NCBI GenBank assembly: GCA_001800975.1
Contig: MGWK01000032.1
Location: forward strand, 1,966 to 65,965
DNA: 64,000 bases
Reading direction: 5' to 3'
Source: Flavobacteria bacterium RIFCSPLOWO2_12_FULL_35_11
GTDB lineage: Bacteria > Bacteroidota > Bacteroidia > Flavobacteriales > Flavobacteriaceae
Shown: positions 1 through 9,171 of the stretch, piece by piece
Layout: each line of letters starts with the position of its first letter
Position numbering within the stretch: position 1 is the first letter of the stretch
Notes under the pieces: model-generated
Databases searched by the model: none
What the model saw: only the letters and a program-made list of their open reading frames with translations
Told to the model about the DNA's origin: nothing
Program-made: the position numbers and the translations under genes

Positions 1-1
1 A

Positions 2-145
2 GATTTCAATATAAGAATGGCGCAATTTTTTGATTACTATTTAAAAGGTGATTTAAAACCTGTTTGGATGGATCGTGGTGTGCCTGCTATAGAAAAAGGA
101 ATCAATCAGGGCTTAGAACTAATTCAGGTTGAAACAATGAATTAA
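2..145 (+). CDS. C-terminal fragment of an S9-family (prolyl oligopeptidase-like) peptidase, truncated by the window edge
   Basis: Frame 2 reads DFNIRMAQFFDYYLKGDLKPVWMDRGVPAIEKGINQGLELIQVETMN*. The RMxQFFDxYLKG...PxWM..GVPA tail is typical of Bacteroidota S9 peptidases. Confidence 0.75.
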   Translation, partial: DFNIRMAQFFDYYLKGDLKPVWMDRGVPAIEKGINQGLELIQVETMN

Positions 146-150
146 GAGTC

Positions 151-274
151 TCAATTTCTCAAGAGAACTGCTTTCTCCTTAAAAGCTCGGTCATAAGCTT
201 TACGCGTTTGTTTCATAAGTTAAATTTAAGATTTTTATTCTTAACTTATTATGCGAGCAAAGTTACCATGTCCA
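151..274 (-). mobile_element. IS3-family left-end remnant (terminal TG, promoter, first 21 codons of OrfA)
   Basis: Minus strand reads 5'-TGGACATGGTAACTTTGCTCGC... then ATG at 216 giving MKQTRKAYDRAFKEKAVLLRN*. This matches the R-x2-Y-x3-FK-x2-AV start of IS3 OrfA HTH proteins. TAACTTTG (-7 element) at 258-265. Confidence 0.6.
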
Positions 275-465
275 GTGAGTGGATTTAACTAAACAGCTAT
301 TCCATTTGGTAATCGTAAAAACACGAAAGTAAATTCTAATTTTGAATTATACAATTCATTCTTTAGAATTATTTAGATCCAAAAATACTTTTTACAATAG
401 AAATTGGAGCAATGAAAATAAGGGTGTTCGGATAAAATTTGGCACGCAATTCCTCGCGAAAAATG

Positions 466-497
466 AAAAAGGACTTAAGTTAAAAACCTAAGTCCTT
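466..497 (-). terminator. Hairpin/terminator downstream of tRNA-Met
   Basis: AAGGACTTA (469-477) / TAAGTCCTT (489-497) inverted repeat, followed by a T-run on the minus strand. Confidence 0.6.
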
Positions 498-507
498 GAT
501 TTGTAAG

Positions 508-581
508 TAGCGTGATCCAGAATTGAACTGGAGACCTCCGGGTTATGAATCCGACGCTCTAACCAACTGAGCTACCACGCC
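508..581 (-). tRNA. tRNA-Met (CAT), probably elongator; CCA not encoded
   Basis: Reverse complement GGCGTGGTAGCTCAGTTGGTTAGAGCGTCGGATTCATAACCCGGAGGTCTCCAGTTCAATTCTGGATCACGCTA folds as a cloverleaf. Anticodon loop TTCATAA, G1:U72 pair (not the initiator C1/A72), TTCAATT T-loop. Confidence 0.93.
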
Positions 582-705
582 ATTTATTAAGGGTGCAAAT
601 ATAAAAAATAAAACTTTTGCAGAACAAAAATTTCCGTTTAATTTTTAAAATATAATTTTTTTTACATAGAATATTTATATATATTGTGCTTTTTAAAAAG
701 AGACT

Positions 706-1089
706 ATGATTACAAAATTAAAATTTGAAATGGAATTTCCAATACAGGCATCGCCGCATATGCTATATCAGTATTTTGGTTCACCTTCGGGTCTTTCAGA
801 ATGGTTTGCAGACAACGTAAATTCCAGAGGAGAAATTTATACTTTTATATGGAATGGGTCAGAAGAAAAGGCCAAAGTGCTTCAGGAGCGTCCCGACGAA
901 AAAATTAAATTCAAATGGCTCAATGACGGTGAAGATAAAACCTTCTTCGAATTTAAAATTGAAGTGGATGAAATCACCAAAGATGTTTCCTTAATTGTTA
1001 CCGATTTTGCTGAAGAAGATGACATGGAAGAATCTAAAATGTTTTGGGAAAACCAAATTGACGAACTTAAACGCACTATTGGCGCTTAA
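706..1089 (+). CDS. START-like (SRPBCC/AHSA1-type) domain protein
   Basis: 127 aa. SPxMLYQY..SPSGLSEWFADNV...YTFIWNG pattern of the Bacteroidota START-like family. Confidence 0.8.
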   Translation: MITKLKFEMEFPIQASPHMLYQYFGSPSGLSEWFADNVNSRGEIYTFIWNGSEEKAKVLQERPDEKIKFKWLNDGEDKTFFEFKIEVDEITKDVSLIVTDFAEEDDMEESKMFWENQIDELKRTIGA

Positions 1090-1106
1090 AAAAATAAGTT
1101 TTTAAT

Positions 1107-1136
1107 AAAAACCTTGAATCGCTTCAAGGTTTTTTT
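1107..1136 (+). terminator. Intrinsic terminator
   Basis: AAAAACCTTGAA-TCGC-TTCAAGGTTTTTTT. Confidence 0.85.
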
Positions 1137-1165
1137 ATGTAGTTTTGTCCCTAAATATTTAAGAT

Positions 1166-1984
1166 ATGATCAATTTTAATGGCATTATGCTCGATAAATC
1201 AAAGGCAATATTACATTCAGGCAACAGGGCTTTTAATTATGGAGATGCGCTATTTGAAACGATTAAAATAGCGGATTCAAAAATTTATTTTTTGGAAGAC
1301 CACTATTTTAGGTTGATGGCTTCCATGCGGATGTTGCGGATGGAAATTCCCTTAAATTTTACCATGGAATTTTTTGAAAGTGAGTTGCTAAAAACTGTGG
1401 AACAAAATAACTTGGAAAATGCAAGAGTACGATTTACGGTTTTTAGAAAAGACGGCGGACTTTACAATCCAATCAGCAATCAAATTGCGTATTTAATTGA
1501 AGCTTCCCCATTGATAAATTCAGTGAAAGAAACCTATTCTGTGGATATTTTTAAGGATTATTATCTCAATTCCGATATATTGTCCACCATTAAAACAACC
1601 AATAAAATAACCAATGTTCTGGCCAGTATTTACGCCTCAGAAAACGGTTTTGATAACTGCATTTTGGTGAATGAAAGAAAATATATTGTTGAAGCAATCA
1701 ACGGAAATATATTTATGGTAAAAGGAAATGCCATTAAAACGCCTCCAATTACTGAAGGTTGCATTAAAGGAATCATCAGAAAAAAAATACTGGAACTCGT
1801 TTCAAAAAGCGATGATTATACGATTGAAGAAGTTGAAATTTCACCTTTTGAATTGCAAAAAGCCGATGAGGTTTTTATCACAAATGCCATTGTGGGTATT
1901 CAGCCGATTACGCAATATAAAAAATACAGTTTCAATACCAAGGTTTCCAAAGAATTGACATTGGCGTTAAGCAAGTTAATTTAA
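1166..1984 (+). CDS. Class IV aminotransferase (aminodeoxychorismate lyase/BCAT-like)
   Basis: NRAFNYGDALFETIK, HYFRL, IKTTN, EAINGNIF and GCIKGIIR motifs of fold-type IV PLP enzymes. Confidence 0.85.
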   Translation: MINFNGIMLDKSKAILHSGNRAFNYGDALFETIKIADSKIYFLEDHYFRLMASMRMLRMEIPLNFTMEFFESELLKTVEQNNLENARVRFTVFRKDGGLYNPISNQIAYLIEASPLINSVKETYSVDIFKDYYLNSDILSTIKTTNKITNVLASIYASENGFDNCILVNERKYIVEAINGNIFMVKGNAIKTPPITEGCIKGIIRKKILELVSKSDDYTIEEVEISPFELQKADEVFITNAIVGIQPITQYKKYSFNTKVSKELTLALSKLI

Positions 1985-2533
1985 GGCCGGATTTTTAGGT
2001 GCATTTGCCCAAATTTGGTATTCACCGCCAAATTCCATCAATTGATTTTTCCACAAAGTAGCGCTTTTTACCTGCAATAAATTCGGATAATTATTTTCTG
2101 TGACAACCCAAGACGATTCCTTCAACTCTTCTTTTAATTGATCAACAGACCATCCTGAATAGCCCAAGAAAAAACGAATGTCGGTATCTTTTAAAAGTTT
2201 GTTATTCAATAATTCATTTAAAGTTTCAAAATCACCGCCCCAATACATGTTTTTGTCTATTTGAATGCTGTTTGGAATCAAATCGGGCGAATTATGAATA
2301 AAATAAAGGTTTTCTTGTTCAACCGGTCCACCATTGTATATTTTGAAATCACATTTTATTTCGGGAATTAAATCATTCAACACAAATTTTGTGGGTCTGT
2401 TTAAAATAAATCCAATACACCCGTCCTCCCCATGTTCGGTTAAATAAATGACCGACCTGTTAAATGCTTTGTCATTTAAAATGGAAGGTTCTGCAACCAA
2501 TAATCTTCCTTTTGATGGATTTTTTGTTAACAT
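1976..2533 (-). CDS. YqgE/AlgH family protein
   Basis: GRLLVAEP..D..FNRSVIYL.EH...G..GFILNRP, GGPV and RFFLGYSGWS..QL motifs. Confidence 0.9.
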   Translation of the reverse strand: MLTKNPSKGRLLVAEPSILNDKAFNRSVIYLTEHGEDGCIGFILNRPTKFVLNDLIPEIKCDFKIYNGGPVEQENLYFIHNSPDLIPNSIQIDKNMYWGGDFETLNELLNNKLLKDTDIRFFLGYSGWSVDQLKEELKESSWVVTENNYPNLLQVKSATLWKNQLMEFGGEYQIWANAPKNPALN

Positions 2534-2573
2534 ATGGTTTTATGAATTAATAAATATAATAAAATTTATTAAT

Positions 2574-2608
2574 AAAAAAAAACTCTCTAAGTTTTTTTAG
2601 AGAGTTTT
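2574..2608 (-). terminator. Intrinsic terminator after HU gene
   Basis: AAAACTCTCTAA / TTAGAGAGTTTT stem with a T-run on the minus strand. Confidence 0.8.
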
Positions 2609-2634
2609 GTGTTATAAGAAATAATTCTTACATA

Positions 2635-2907
2635 TTAGTTTACGGCATCGCTAAGACCAGCTCCAGCTTTAAATTTTACAACATTTTTTGCTGCAATTTT
2701 AATAGTTTTTCCAGTTTGAGGGTTTCTTCCTTCTCTTGCTGCTCTTTTAGATACAGACCAAGTTCCCCATCCAACTAAAGCTACTTTATCTCCTTTTTTA
2801 AGAGCGCCAGTTACATTTTCTGTTAATGATTCTAAAGCTGCTTTTGCGGCTGCTTTTGTGATACCGGCATCAGCTGCCATTGCATCAATTAAATCTGATT
2901 TGTTCAT
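2635..2907 (-). CDS. hup: DNA-binding protein HU
   Basis: [11 protein letters not shown]...[33 protein letters not shown]. Confidence 0.97.
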   Translation of the reverse strand: MNKSDLIDAMAADAGITKAAAKAALESLTENVTGALKKGDKVALVGWGTWSVSKRAAREGRNPQTGKTIKIAAKNVVKFKAGAGLSDAVN

Positions 2908-3096
2908 AAATTTAAATGTTAAATTAATTGGTTAAACATATTTTGCCACTAAATAGCTTAACAAAGTTATACGGAATAAGGGTTTGTGCAAGTTTTTGCT
3001 AAAAAAAGTGATCTTTTTGTTGATAAATAACGGTAAATGTTAATAACCTCAATGATTATTAGTGAAATATGTCTGAAGCCCTTTAAAATATAGAGT

Positions 3097-4041
3097 TTAT
3101 TGCATGAATGCATTTTCATGAAATCGAAAGCCGTTTAACAAACTTTTACTGTCCATTTGTTTTTTTCCGGAGAGCTGTAAACTTTCAATAATGAGGTAGC
3201 CTTGAGCAGCTGCAACTTTAATTTCATTTTTGGAAGAGATAATGGTTCCTGTTTTATGGTTGTGTGATGCAGATTCCTTTTTTACATCATAAATTTTAAC
3301 TTTAATTTCATCATCGTTATTTATTAAAGTTGTCCAAGCTGCAGGATATGGATTTAAACCTCTTATTAAATTATAGGTATTGGTTAAAGTGTCACCCCAA
3401 TTTATTTTGCAGGTTTCATTATATATTTTTGGTGCTGATTTTTCTTCAATCTCAGGTTGCTTAAAGGTTTTAACAGTTCCTTTTTCAATTTGCTGCACTG
3501 TTTTTACCACCAAATTACTGCCAACTTCCATCAGCTTGTCGTGCAATTCCCCTAAAATTTCATCTTCGCCAATGGCAACTTCTTCCTGTAAAATAATGTT
3601 TCCGGTATCAATTTTTTCATCAATAAAAAAAGTGGTGACACCCGTTTTAGTTTCGCCGTTAATGATGGCCCAATTAATGGGCGCTGCTCCTCTGTAATTA
3701 GGCAATAGCGACGCATGCAGATTAAATGTGCCGTATGCTGGAAGTTTCCAAACCTCTTTTGGCAGCATTCTGAAAGCAACAACGATTTGTAAATTGGCAT
3801 TTAAGCTTTTTAAACTGGCAATAAATTCTTCACTTTTTAAATTACTGGGCTGTAAAATAGTTAGGTTATGGTCCAACGCATATTTCTTTACTGGAGATTG
3901 CTGTATTTTTTGTCCTCTTCCGGCAGGTTTATCTGGGGCGGTAACCACACCAACCACATTAAATTTTGCTTTTATAAGGGCGTCTAGAGTCGCAACGGCA
4001 AAATCTGGAGTTCCCATAAATACGATGCGTAAATCTCTCAT
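3097..4041 (-). CDS. fmt: Methionyl-tRNA formyltransferase
   Basis: IVFMGTPDFAV, NLHASLLPNYRGAAPINWAI and HDKLM motifs. Confidence 0.97.
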   Translation of the reverse strand: MRDLRIVFMGTPDFAVATLDALIKAKFNVVGVVTAPDKPAGRGQKIQQSPVKKYALDHNLTILQPSNLKSEEFIASLKSLNANLQIVVAFRMLPKEVWKLPAYGTFNLHASLLPNYRGAAPINWAIINGETKTGVTTFFIDEKIDTGNIILQEEVAIGEDEILGELHDKLMEVGSNLVVKTVQQIEKGTVKTFKQPEIEEKSAPKIYNETCKINWGDTLTNTYNLIRGLNPYPAAWTTLINNDDEIKVKIYDVKKESASHNHKTGTIISSKNEIKVAAAQGYLIIESLQLSGKKQMDSKSLLNGFRFHENAFMQ

Positions 4042-5936
4042 TAAAAAGTGCGTTTAAATTTATTTTGCGAAGTTATCGCTAATTTATTTTTTTCAAGGAG
4101 TATTTTCAATGAATTTAAAATCTCAATTTCCGAATAATCTAATAACACCACCAATTCTTGTGATGAAAGCACACGATCTTTCAACAATTCAATAATTTGC
4201 TCTAGTATGGTTTGTGTTGCATTGTTTTTTGCTTTTTTAGCCAAACAATTGTCACAGGTGCCGCAAGGTTCGGTTGCAATTTCATTAAAATAGGAGAGAA
4301 ACTGATTGGTTCTGCATGTTTTTGTGTTTTCAATATAGGAAATAACGGCTTTTAGTTTTTCCGATTTTAAATTATTTTGTTGTTCAATATTTCTTGAAAT
4401 GCTGTTGATGGTATAATTATCGTCTCTTGCGATTAAAAATGACAGTCGAGAGGTCGTGTTTTCATAACTGTAATGCACAATACTATTGCTGTGTAATTCC
4501 TTTAGTTGCTTTACCACTTCATTTTTTGAACAATTTAATTTTTTGGACAGCTTGTATTCATTAATGATGGTGTAATGTTCAAAAATGCCTCCGTAACTTC
4601 TTAAGATGAGTTTAATGAGCTCATTTGAGGAAGGATGGCTGTTTAAATAATCAAAAATTTGAGGATTGTTTACCAAAAATTTGAACGTTGATTTTTTATT
4701 GTAATTTTCATCCAGCAAAACAATATTTTCCCTTTCCAAAACTTTGATGGCACTGTAAGTTAACAACAAGTTAAGGTTATAGGTTGCGCAAAATTCCTGC
4801 AAAGAAAAGTTGAAGGATTGCGTTGGCATTTCACCAAATGAAATGGAATAATACTGATTTAAATGATGGTAAACGAGTTTTACGGTTTTGGTTGTGGCGG
4901 TATTGGCTTCAAATTTGGCCGAAGCTTCATAAAGTGTTGTTTTATTGGCTAAAATGATGGCATAAGATGTTTTTCCGTCTCTTCCGGCTCTTCCTGCTTC
5001 CTGAATATAATTTTCAAGACTGTTTGGTATGTTGATATGAATAACGGCCCTCACATTCAATTTATTGATGCCCATTCCAAAGGCATTTGTTGCCACCATA
5101 ATGGGCGTTTTATCGCTCATCCAATTGGTATAGGCTTCGTTTTTTTCGACATTGGACAATCCGCCGTGGTAAAAACTGCTTTTAAAATTATTTTTGAGTA
5201 AAAAATTGCAGACTTCCTTAGTTTGTTTACGGTTGTTGGTGTAAATAATTACGGAAGCGTTTATTTTGGATAAAATTTGAAGCAGTTTGCCGTAAATATC
5301 CTCTGTAAGGCGCACATGATAAAATAAATTTTCTCTTTTAAATGATTTTTTTATGATTTTGGCTTCTTTTAACCCTAAGTTATTCTGAATGTCTTCCAAA
5401 ACTCGTTGCGTGGCCGTAGCAGTAAGCGCAATAAAAGTGGCGTTTGGCTGCAATTCTTTCAGCAGGCTTAATTTTAAATAGGACGGCCTAAAATCGTGTC
5501 CCCATTCCGAAATGCAGTGTGCTTCATCAATGGCAATAAGCGAAACTTTTAATTGTTTTATTTTTTCCTGAATGAAATCCGATTGCAGTTTTTCTGGAGA
5601 GAGGTATAAAAAATTAAAATCGCCAAACTGTAAATTATCAAATGCAATAATGATTTCGTCCTGACTAAGTTGGGAAGTCAAAGCGATGGCTTTAATATTT
5701 TTTTCCTTTAAATAGTTTACCTGGTCATGTATTAAGGCTATAAGTGGTGAAATTACGATGCAAACGCCTTCTAAAAGCAAGGCGGGCACTTGATAGCAAA
5801 TCGATTTTCCGCCGCTTGTTGGCAACAATACGATGGTATTTTCACCTTTTAATACGGATGTTATTATTTCCTCTTGCGGACTTATAAATTGGTCGTAATC
5901 CCAATATTTTTTAAGTATTTCAAGGGGCGTACTCAT
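4041..5936 (-). CDS. recQ: RecQ family ATP-dependent DNA helicase
   Basis: LPTSGGKSICYQVP, DEAHCISEWGHDFRPSY, ATNAFGMG, YIQEAGRAGRDG and C-terminal CGTCDNC motifs. Confidence 0.93.
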   Translation of the reverse strand: MSTPLEILKKYWDYDQFISPQEEIITSVLKGENTIVLLPTSGGKSICYQVPALLLEGVCIVISPLIALIHDQVNYLKEKNIKAIALTSQLSQDEIIIAFDNLQFGDFNFLYLSPEKLQSDFIQEKIKQLKVSLIAIDEAHCISEWGHDFRPSYLKLSLLKELQPNATFIALTATATQRVLEDIQNNLGLKEAKIIKKSFKRENLFYHVRLTEDIYGKLLQILSKINASVIIYTNNRKQTKEVCNFLLKNNFKSSFYHGGLSNVEKNEAYTNWMSDKTPIMVATNAFGMGINKLNVRAVIHINIPNSLENYIQEAGRAGRDGKTSYAIILANKTTLYEASAKFEANTATTKTVKLVYHHLNQYYSISFGEMPTQSFNFSLQEFCATYNLNLLLTYSAIKVLERENIVLLDENYNKKSTFKFLVNNPQIFDYLNSHPSSNELIKLILRSYGGIFEHYTIINEYKLSKKLNCSKNEVVKQLKELHSNSIVHYSYENTTSRLSFLIARDDNYTINSISRNIEQQNNLKSEKLKAVISYIENTKTCRTNQFLSYFNEIATEPCGTCDNCLAKKAKNNATQTILEQIIELLKDRVLSSQELVVLLDYSEIEILNSLKILLEKNKLAITSQNKFKRTF

Positions 5937-6469
5937 TATTTTATGGAGGCCAGTATAAAATCGGTTCTTTCTTCTATAGTGCCAGTTGGAACCTCAATAA
6001 TCATGTAATCTAATGCAATATAAGTTCTTTCAAGGTGATTGTGAATAGCCAATGCCTGTTCAAAATTCTCATAACGCTCATTGTCAGTAATATAAATTTT
6101 TTCCCAAGGAGCCATCAAAAAAATATAATTGTAACGGTAAAAATTACTGGTATTGATATAGGTTTTTGGGTAATCAATGCTAATATAATTCATATAGGCA
6201 TGAACATCCGGAATTCCCCTGTCGAAAAAAACAATGGAACTATTTTTTGTTTCGGCTTCTAAATACTGGTTTACGCGCCCTTCCAATAACAATTCGCTAA
6301 ACAAAAGCGGTTTTGTTAAAAACAGTTGTTCTGTGCCATTTTGTCTGGCATTTAGCGTAATCTCCCGAGAAATTTCGGGCATACACATAAAATTGCGTTT
6401 TGCCAATTCTTTTATTACAGTAGATTTGCCGGTTCCGGGGCCGCCGGTGATTACAATTTTTGTTTGCAT
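5936..6469 (-). CDS. Predicted ATPase (AAA_28/NadR-like P-loop)
   Basis: ITGGPGTGKST Walker A; FFDRGIPD motif. Confidence 0.85.
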   Translation of the reverse strand: MQTKIVITGGPGTGKSTVIKELAKRNFMCMPEISREITLNARQNGTEQLFLTKPLLFSELLLEGRVNQYLEAETKNSSIVFFDRGIPDVHAYMNYISIDYPKTYINTSNFYRYNYIFLMAPWEKIYITDNERYENFEQALAIHNHLERTYIALDYMIIEVPTGTIEERTDFILASIK

Positions 6470-6584
6470 TCCGCAAAAATAAGGTATTCGTTAAATTATA
6501 CTAAAAATATTCTTGTAATTTTGTCAGCTAAATATTAACATCTATAAAACGGTATTATATTTGCAAACCATTATTTAAAAAAAA

Positions 6585-6866
6585 ATGGATAATAGAACAG
6601 AATTTTATGAAAAGTTAAAGAAAAAATTAGACGAGAGCAACATTTTCCCGTCTGAATATCTTTTTAAATTTATTGTTTCTACCCACGAAGAAAAAATAAA
6701 ACAGGTAGAGGATTTATTTGATTTTAAAGGAGCGGTGATTACCAAAACTTCTTCAAAAACAGGAAAATTCACCAGTGTTTCCATTCACGTAATTATGAAA
6801 AATGCCGATGATATTATATCAATATATGTTGAGGCCGAAAAAATTGAAGGGATTATTTCTTTGTGA
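6585..6866 (+). CDS. DUF493 family protein
   Basis: FPSEYLFKFIV...SSKTGKFTSVS pattern, 93 aa. Confidence 0.85.
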   Translation: MDNRTEFYEKLKKKLDESNIFPSEYLFKFIVSTHEEKIKQVEDLFDFKGAVITKTSSKTGKFTSVSIHVIMKNADDIISIYVEAEKIEGIISL

Positions 6867-6955
6867 TTCCTTTAACAGCACATACCGAAAATAAAAAATA
6901 AATTGCACCGATTTGTTAAATTTAAACAGGTCTTTTTAGGACGGAAAAATCTTTT

Positions 6956-7810
6956 ATGAAACCAACATATTTTTATTTAGCATTGTCACTTATTTTTTTG
7001 CAATCATGTAATTATTTTACGTTTAAAAAAGACAATATTCAGGTGCCTGTTGCGCGTGTGAATGATGTTTATTTGTACAAAGATGATTTAACGGATGTTT
7101 TCAAAAAAGACATCACTGAGCAAGACAGTATAACGCTGGTAAATAATTACATCAACAATTGGATTAAGCAGCAATTATTATTGTCCAAAGCCCAGTTGAA
7201 TTTAGAAAATAAAAATGCAGCGTTTGAAGATTTGGTAAAAAAATATCGTGAAGATTTGTTTATCAACTCATACAAAGAGGCTGTTGTAAAGCAATATTTA
7301 GACACTATAATTACCGAAGATGATATTGATGAATTCTATTTGAATAACAATGAACTTTTCAAGCTTAATGAAGAATTAATTAAGCTAAAATATATTAAAA
7401 TAGGAAAAGAAGCTTCAAATAAAAATGAGCTGATCAGATTGTTTAAATCAACTAAAAAATCAGATTTTGAGAATTTAAAGAAAAAGGTAATTTTATTGCA
7501 GTCCCATCATTTGAACGATTCAATTTGGATTAAGTACAGTGATTTAACGAATGAAATTCCGATTTTAAAAACTGAAGACAAACAGCAGTTGTTAAAAAAA
7601 GAAAATTTTATTCAAAAAGAAGACTCATTAAGCTTATATTTGGTCGCTATTAAAAAGGTGTTACAAAGCAATGAAACAGCGCCAAAAAGTTATATTACGC
7701 CTACTGTTAAGCAAATGATTTTACATCAGCGCAAATTATTATTATTAAGAAATATTGAAGAAACATTAATTAACGATGCAACTAAAAAACAACAATTTGA
7801 AATTTATTAG
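6956..7810 (+). CDS. Lipoprotein, SurA/PPIase-associated chaperone-like
   Basis: Lipobox FLQSC; VARVNDVYLYKDDL; first gene of the surA-MoxR operon. Confidence 0.7.
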   Translation: MKPTYFYLALSLIFLQSCNYFTFKKDNIQVPVARVNDVYLYKDDLTDVFKKDITEQDSITLVNNYINNWIKQQLLLSKAQLNLENKNAAFEDLVKKYREDLFINSYKEAVVKQYLDTIITEDDIDEFYLNNNELFKLNEELIKLKYIKIGKEASNKNELIRLFKSTKKSDFENLKKKVILLQSHHLNDSIWIKYSDLTNEIPILKTEDKQQLLKKENFIQKEDSLSLYLVAIKKVLQSNETAPKSYITPTVKQMILHQRKLLLLRNIEETLINDATKKQQFEIY

Positions 7811-9170
7811 AATGAAACAAAATACAATTGTAATAGCATTACTGTTATTTATTACGGGAATAAATGCGCAAGAGAGAATAAAAATAGACGGAGTTGCTGT
7901 TGTGGTTGGGAAAAACATCGTACTTGATTCTGACATTGATAAATTCAAAAAAGAATTGCAACAACGCATTGAAGGCAAATTAGACATCACAGATTGTGAG
8001 ATTTTGGAGGAAATTATGACGCAAAAATTGATTGCGCACCATGCGGTAATTGACAGCATTGTGACTACAGATGCCGAAATAAACACAGAAGTTGAACGTA
8101 ATATTTCTTATTTCACCCAACAATTGGGAACCATGGAAAAGGTGGTAAAAATGTACGGTTTTAACGATGAAGAAGATTTAAGAAAAGAATTGTTCGAAAT
8201 TCAAAAAGAACAGCTTCTTATTCAAAAAGAAAGAGCGAGCATTACAGAAAAAATTGATGTCACTCCAGAAGAAGTGAGAACTTATTTTAAAAATCTTGAA
8301 AAAGACAGCAACTTGCCCGAATTTAGTGCTGAAATAGAACTGGCACAAATTGTTAAAATGATTAAGCCTTCTGAAGAAGAAATCACTCGTGTTATTGCAA
8401 AATTGAATGAAATTAAAAAAGAACTCGAAGCAGGTTCCATCTTTAGATTGAAAGCTATTATCAATTCTGATGATCCAGCTGTTTCGGGAACCGGGCAAGG
8501 GGCTGCCGGATTGTACACCATTACCAGAGAAAGCGGTTTCATAAAAGAATTTAAAGAAATGGCTTTTAGCTTGGATGAAGGAGAAATTTCCGAACCTTTT
8601 GAATCGGGATTTGGGTATCATATCCTTCTGGTTGAAAAAATTAAGGGACAAGAACGCGATGTGCGCCATATTTTAATTCAGCCAAAGATAAGCAAGGCAG
8701 AATTGGATGCTTCATACAATGAATTGGTGAAAATTAGGGAACAAGTGCTTAAGGGAGAAATGACTTTTGAAGAAGCTGTTGTAAAACATTCTGAAGATAA
8801 AGATACCAAAAACAATAGCGGCTTGTTGTTAAATCCGCAAACAAACGATACCCGTTTTGATTTAACACGTATGGATCCAAATCTTTACAATAAAATTAGC
8901 AGCCTAAAAGCAGGTGAAATTACGGTTCCTTTTTATGATGAAGTCAGGGGAGAATCAAAAATGCATAAAATTATTTTGGTGAAAAGCAAAGAGGATGCGC
9001 ATACCGCAAATTTCACTAAAGATTACGAAAAAATTCAACAATTAACGCTTCAAAAAAAGCAAGAAGAAACTGTTGAAAAATGGGCGAAAGACAAAATTAA
9101 GGATACTTACATTAAAATAAACAACGATTATAAAGGATGTAATTTCAAAAATAACTGGAAAAAGGAATAA
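7776..9170 (+). CDS. surA: SurA-like peptidyl-prolyl isomerase (alternative start 7812)
   Basis: IDGVAVVVG N-terminal domain; two parvulin domains (EFKEMAFSLDEGEISEPFESGFGYHI; RHILI; FEEAVVKHSED). Confidence 0.88.
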   Translation: MQLKNNNLKFIRMKQNTIVIALLLFITGINAQERIKIDGVAVVVGKNIVLDSDIDKFKKELQQRIEGKLDITDCEILEEIMTQKLIAHHAVIDSIVTTDAEINTEVERNISYFTQQLGTMEKVVKMYGFNDEEDLRKELFEIQKEQLLIQKERASITEKIDVTPEEVRTYFKNLEKDSNLPEFSAEIELAQIVKMIKPSEEEITRVIAKLNEIKKELEAGSIFRLKAIINSDDPAVSGTGQGAAGLYTITRESGFIKEFKEMAFSLDEGEISEPFESGFGYHILLVEKIKGQERDVRHILIQPKISKAELDASYNELVKIREQVLKGEMTFEEAVVKHSEDKDTKNNSGLLLNPQTNDTRFDLTRMDPNLYNKISSLKAGEITVPFYDEVRGESKMHKIILVKSKEDAHTANFTKDYEKIQQLTLQKKQEETVEKWAKDKIKDTYIKINNDYKGCNFKNNWKKE

Positions 9171-9171
9171 T

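Noticed and set aside
422-460. GGGTGTTCGG.../GTGCCAAATTT patch resembling an IS end or integrase arm site
   Set aside because: Single copy, no partner inverted repeat or integrase in the window.
332-490. About 49-codon + strand ORF (LNYTIHSLELFRSK...) near the tRNA
   Set aside because: TTG start only, runs through the tRNA terminator, no recognisable motif.
6514-6527. TGTAA-TTTT-GTCAG half-match to the Fnr box upstream of DUF493
   Set aside because: Only one half-site, it overlaps a TAATTTTG promoter-like element, and spacing to the next -7 is 28 nt.
8178-8669. 163-aa antisense ORF inside surA
   Set aside because: Shadow of a well-supported gene; no motif or expression signals.
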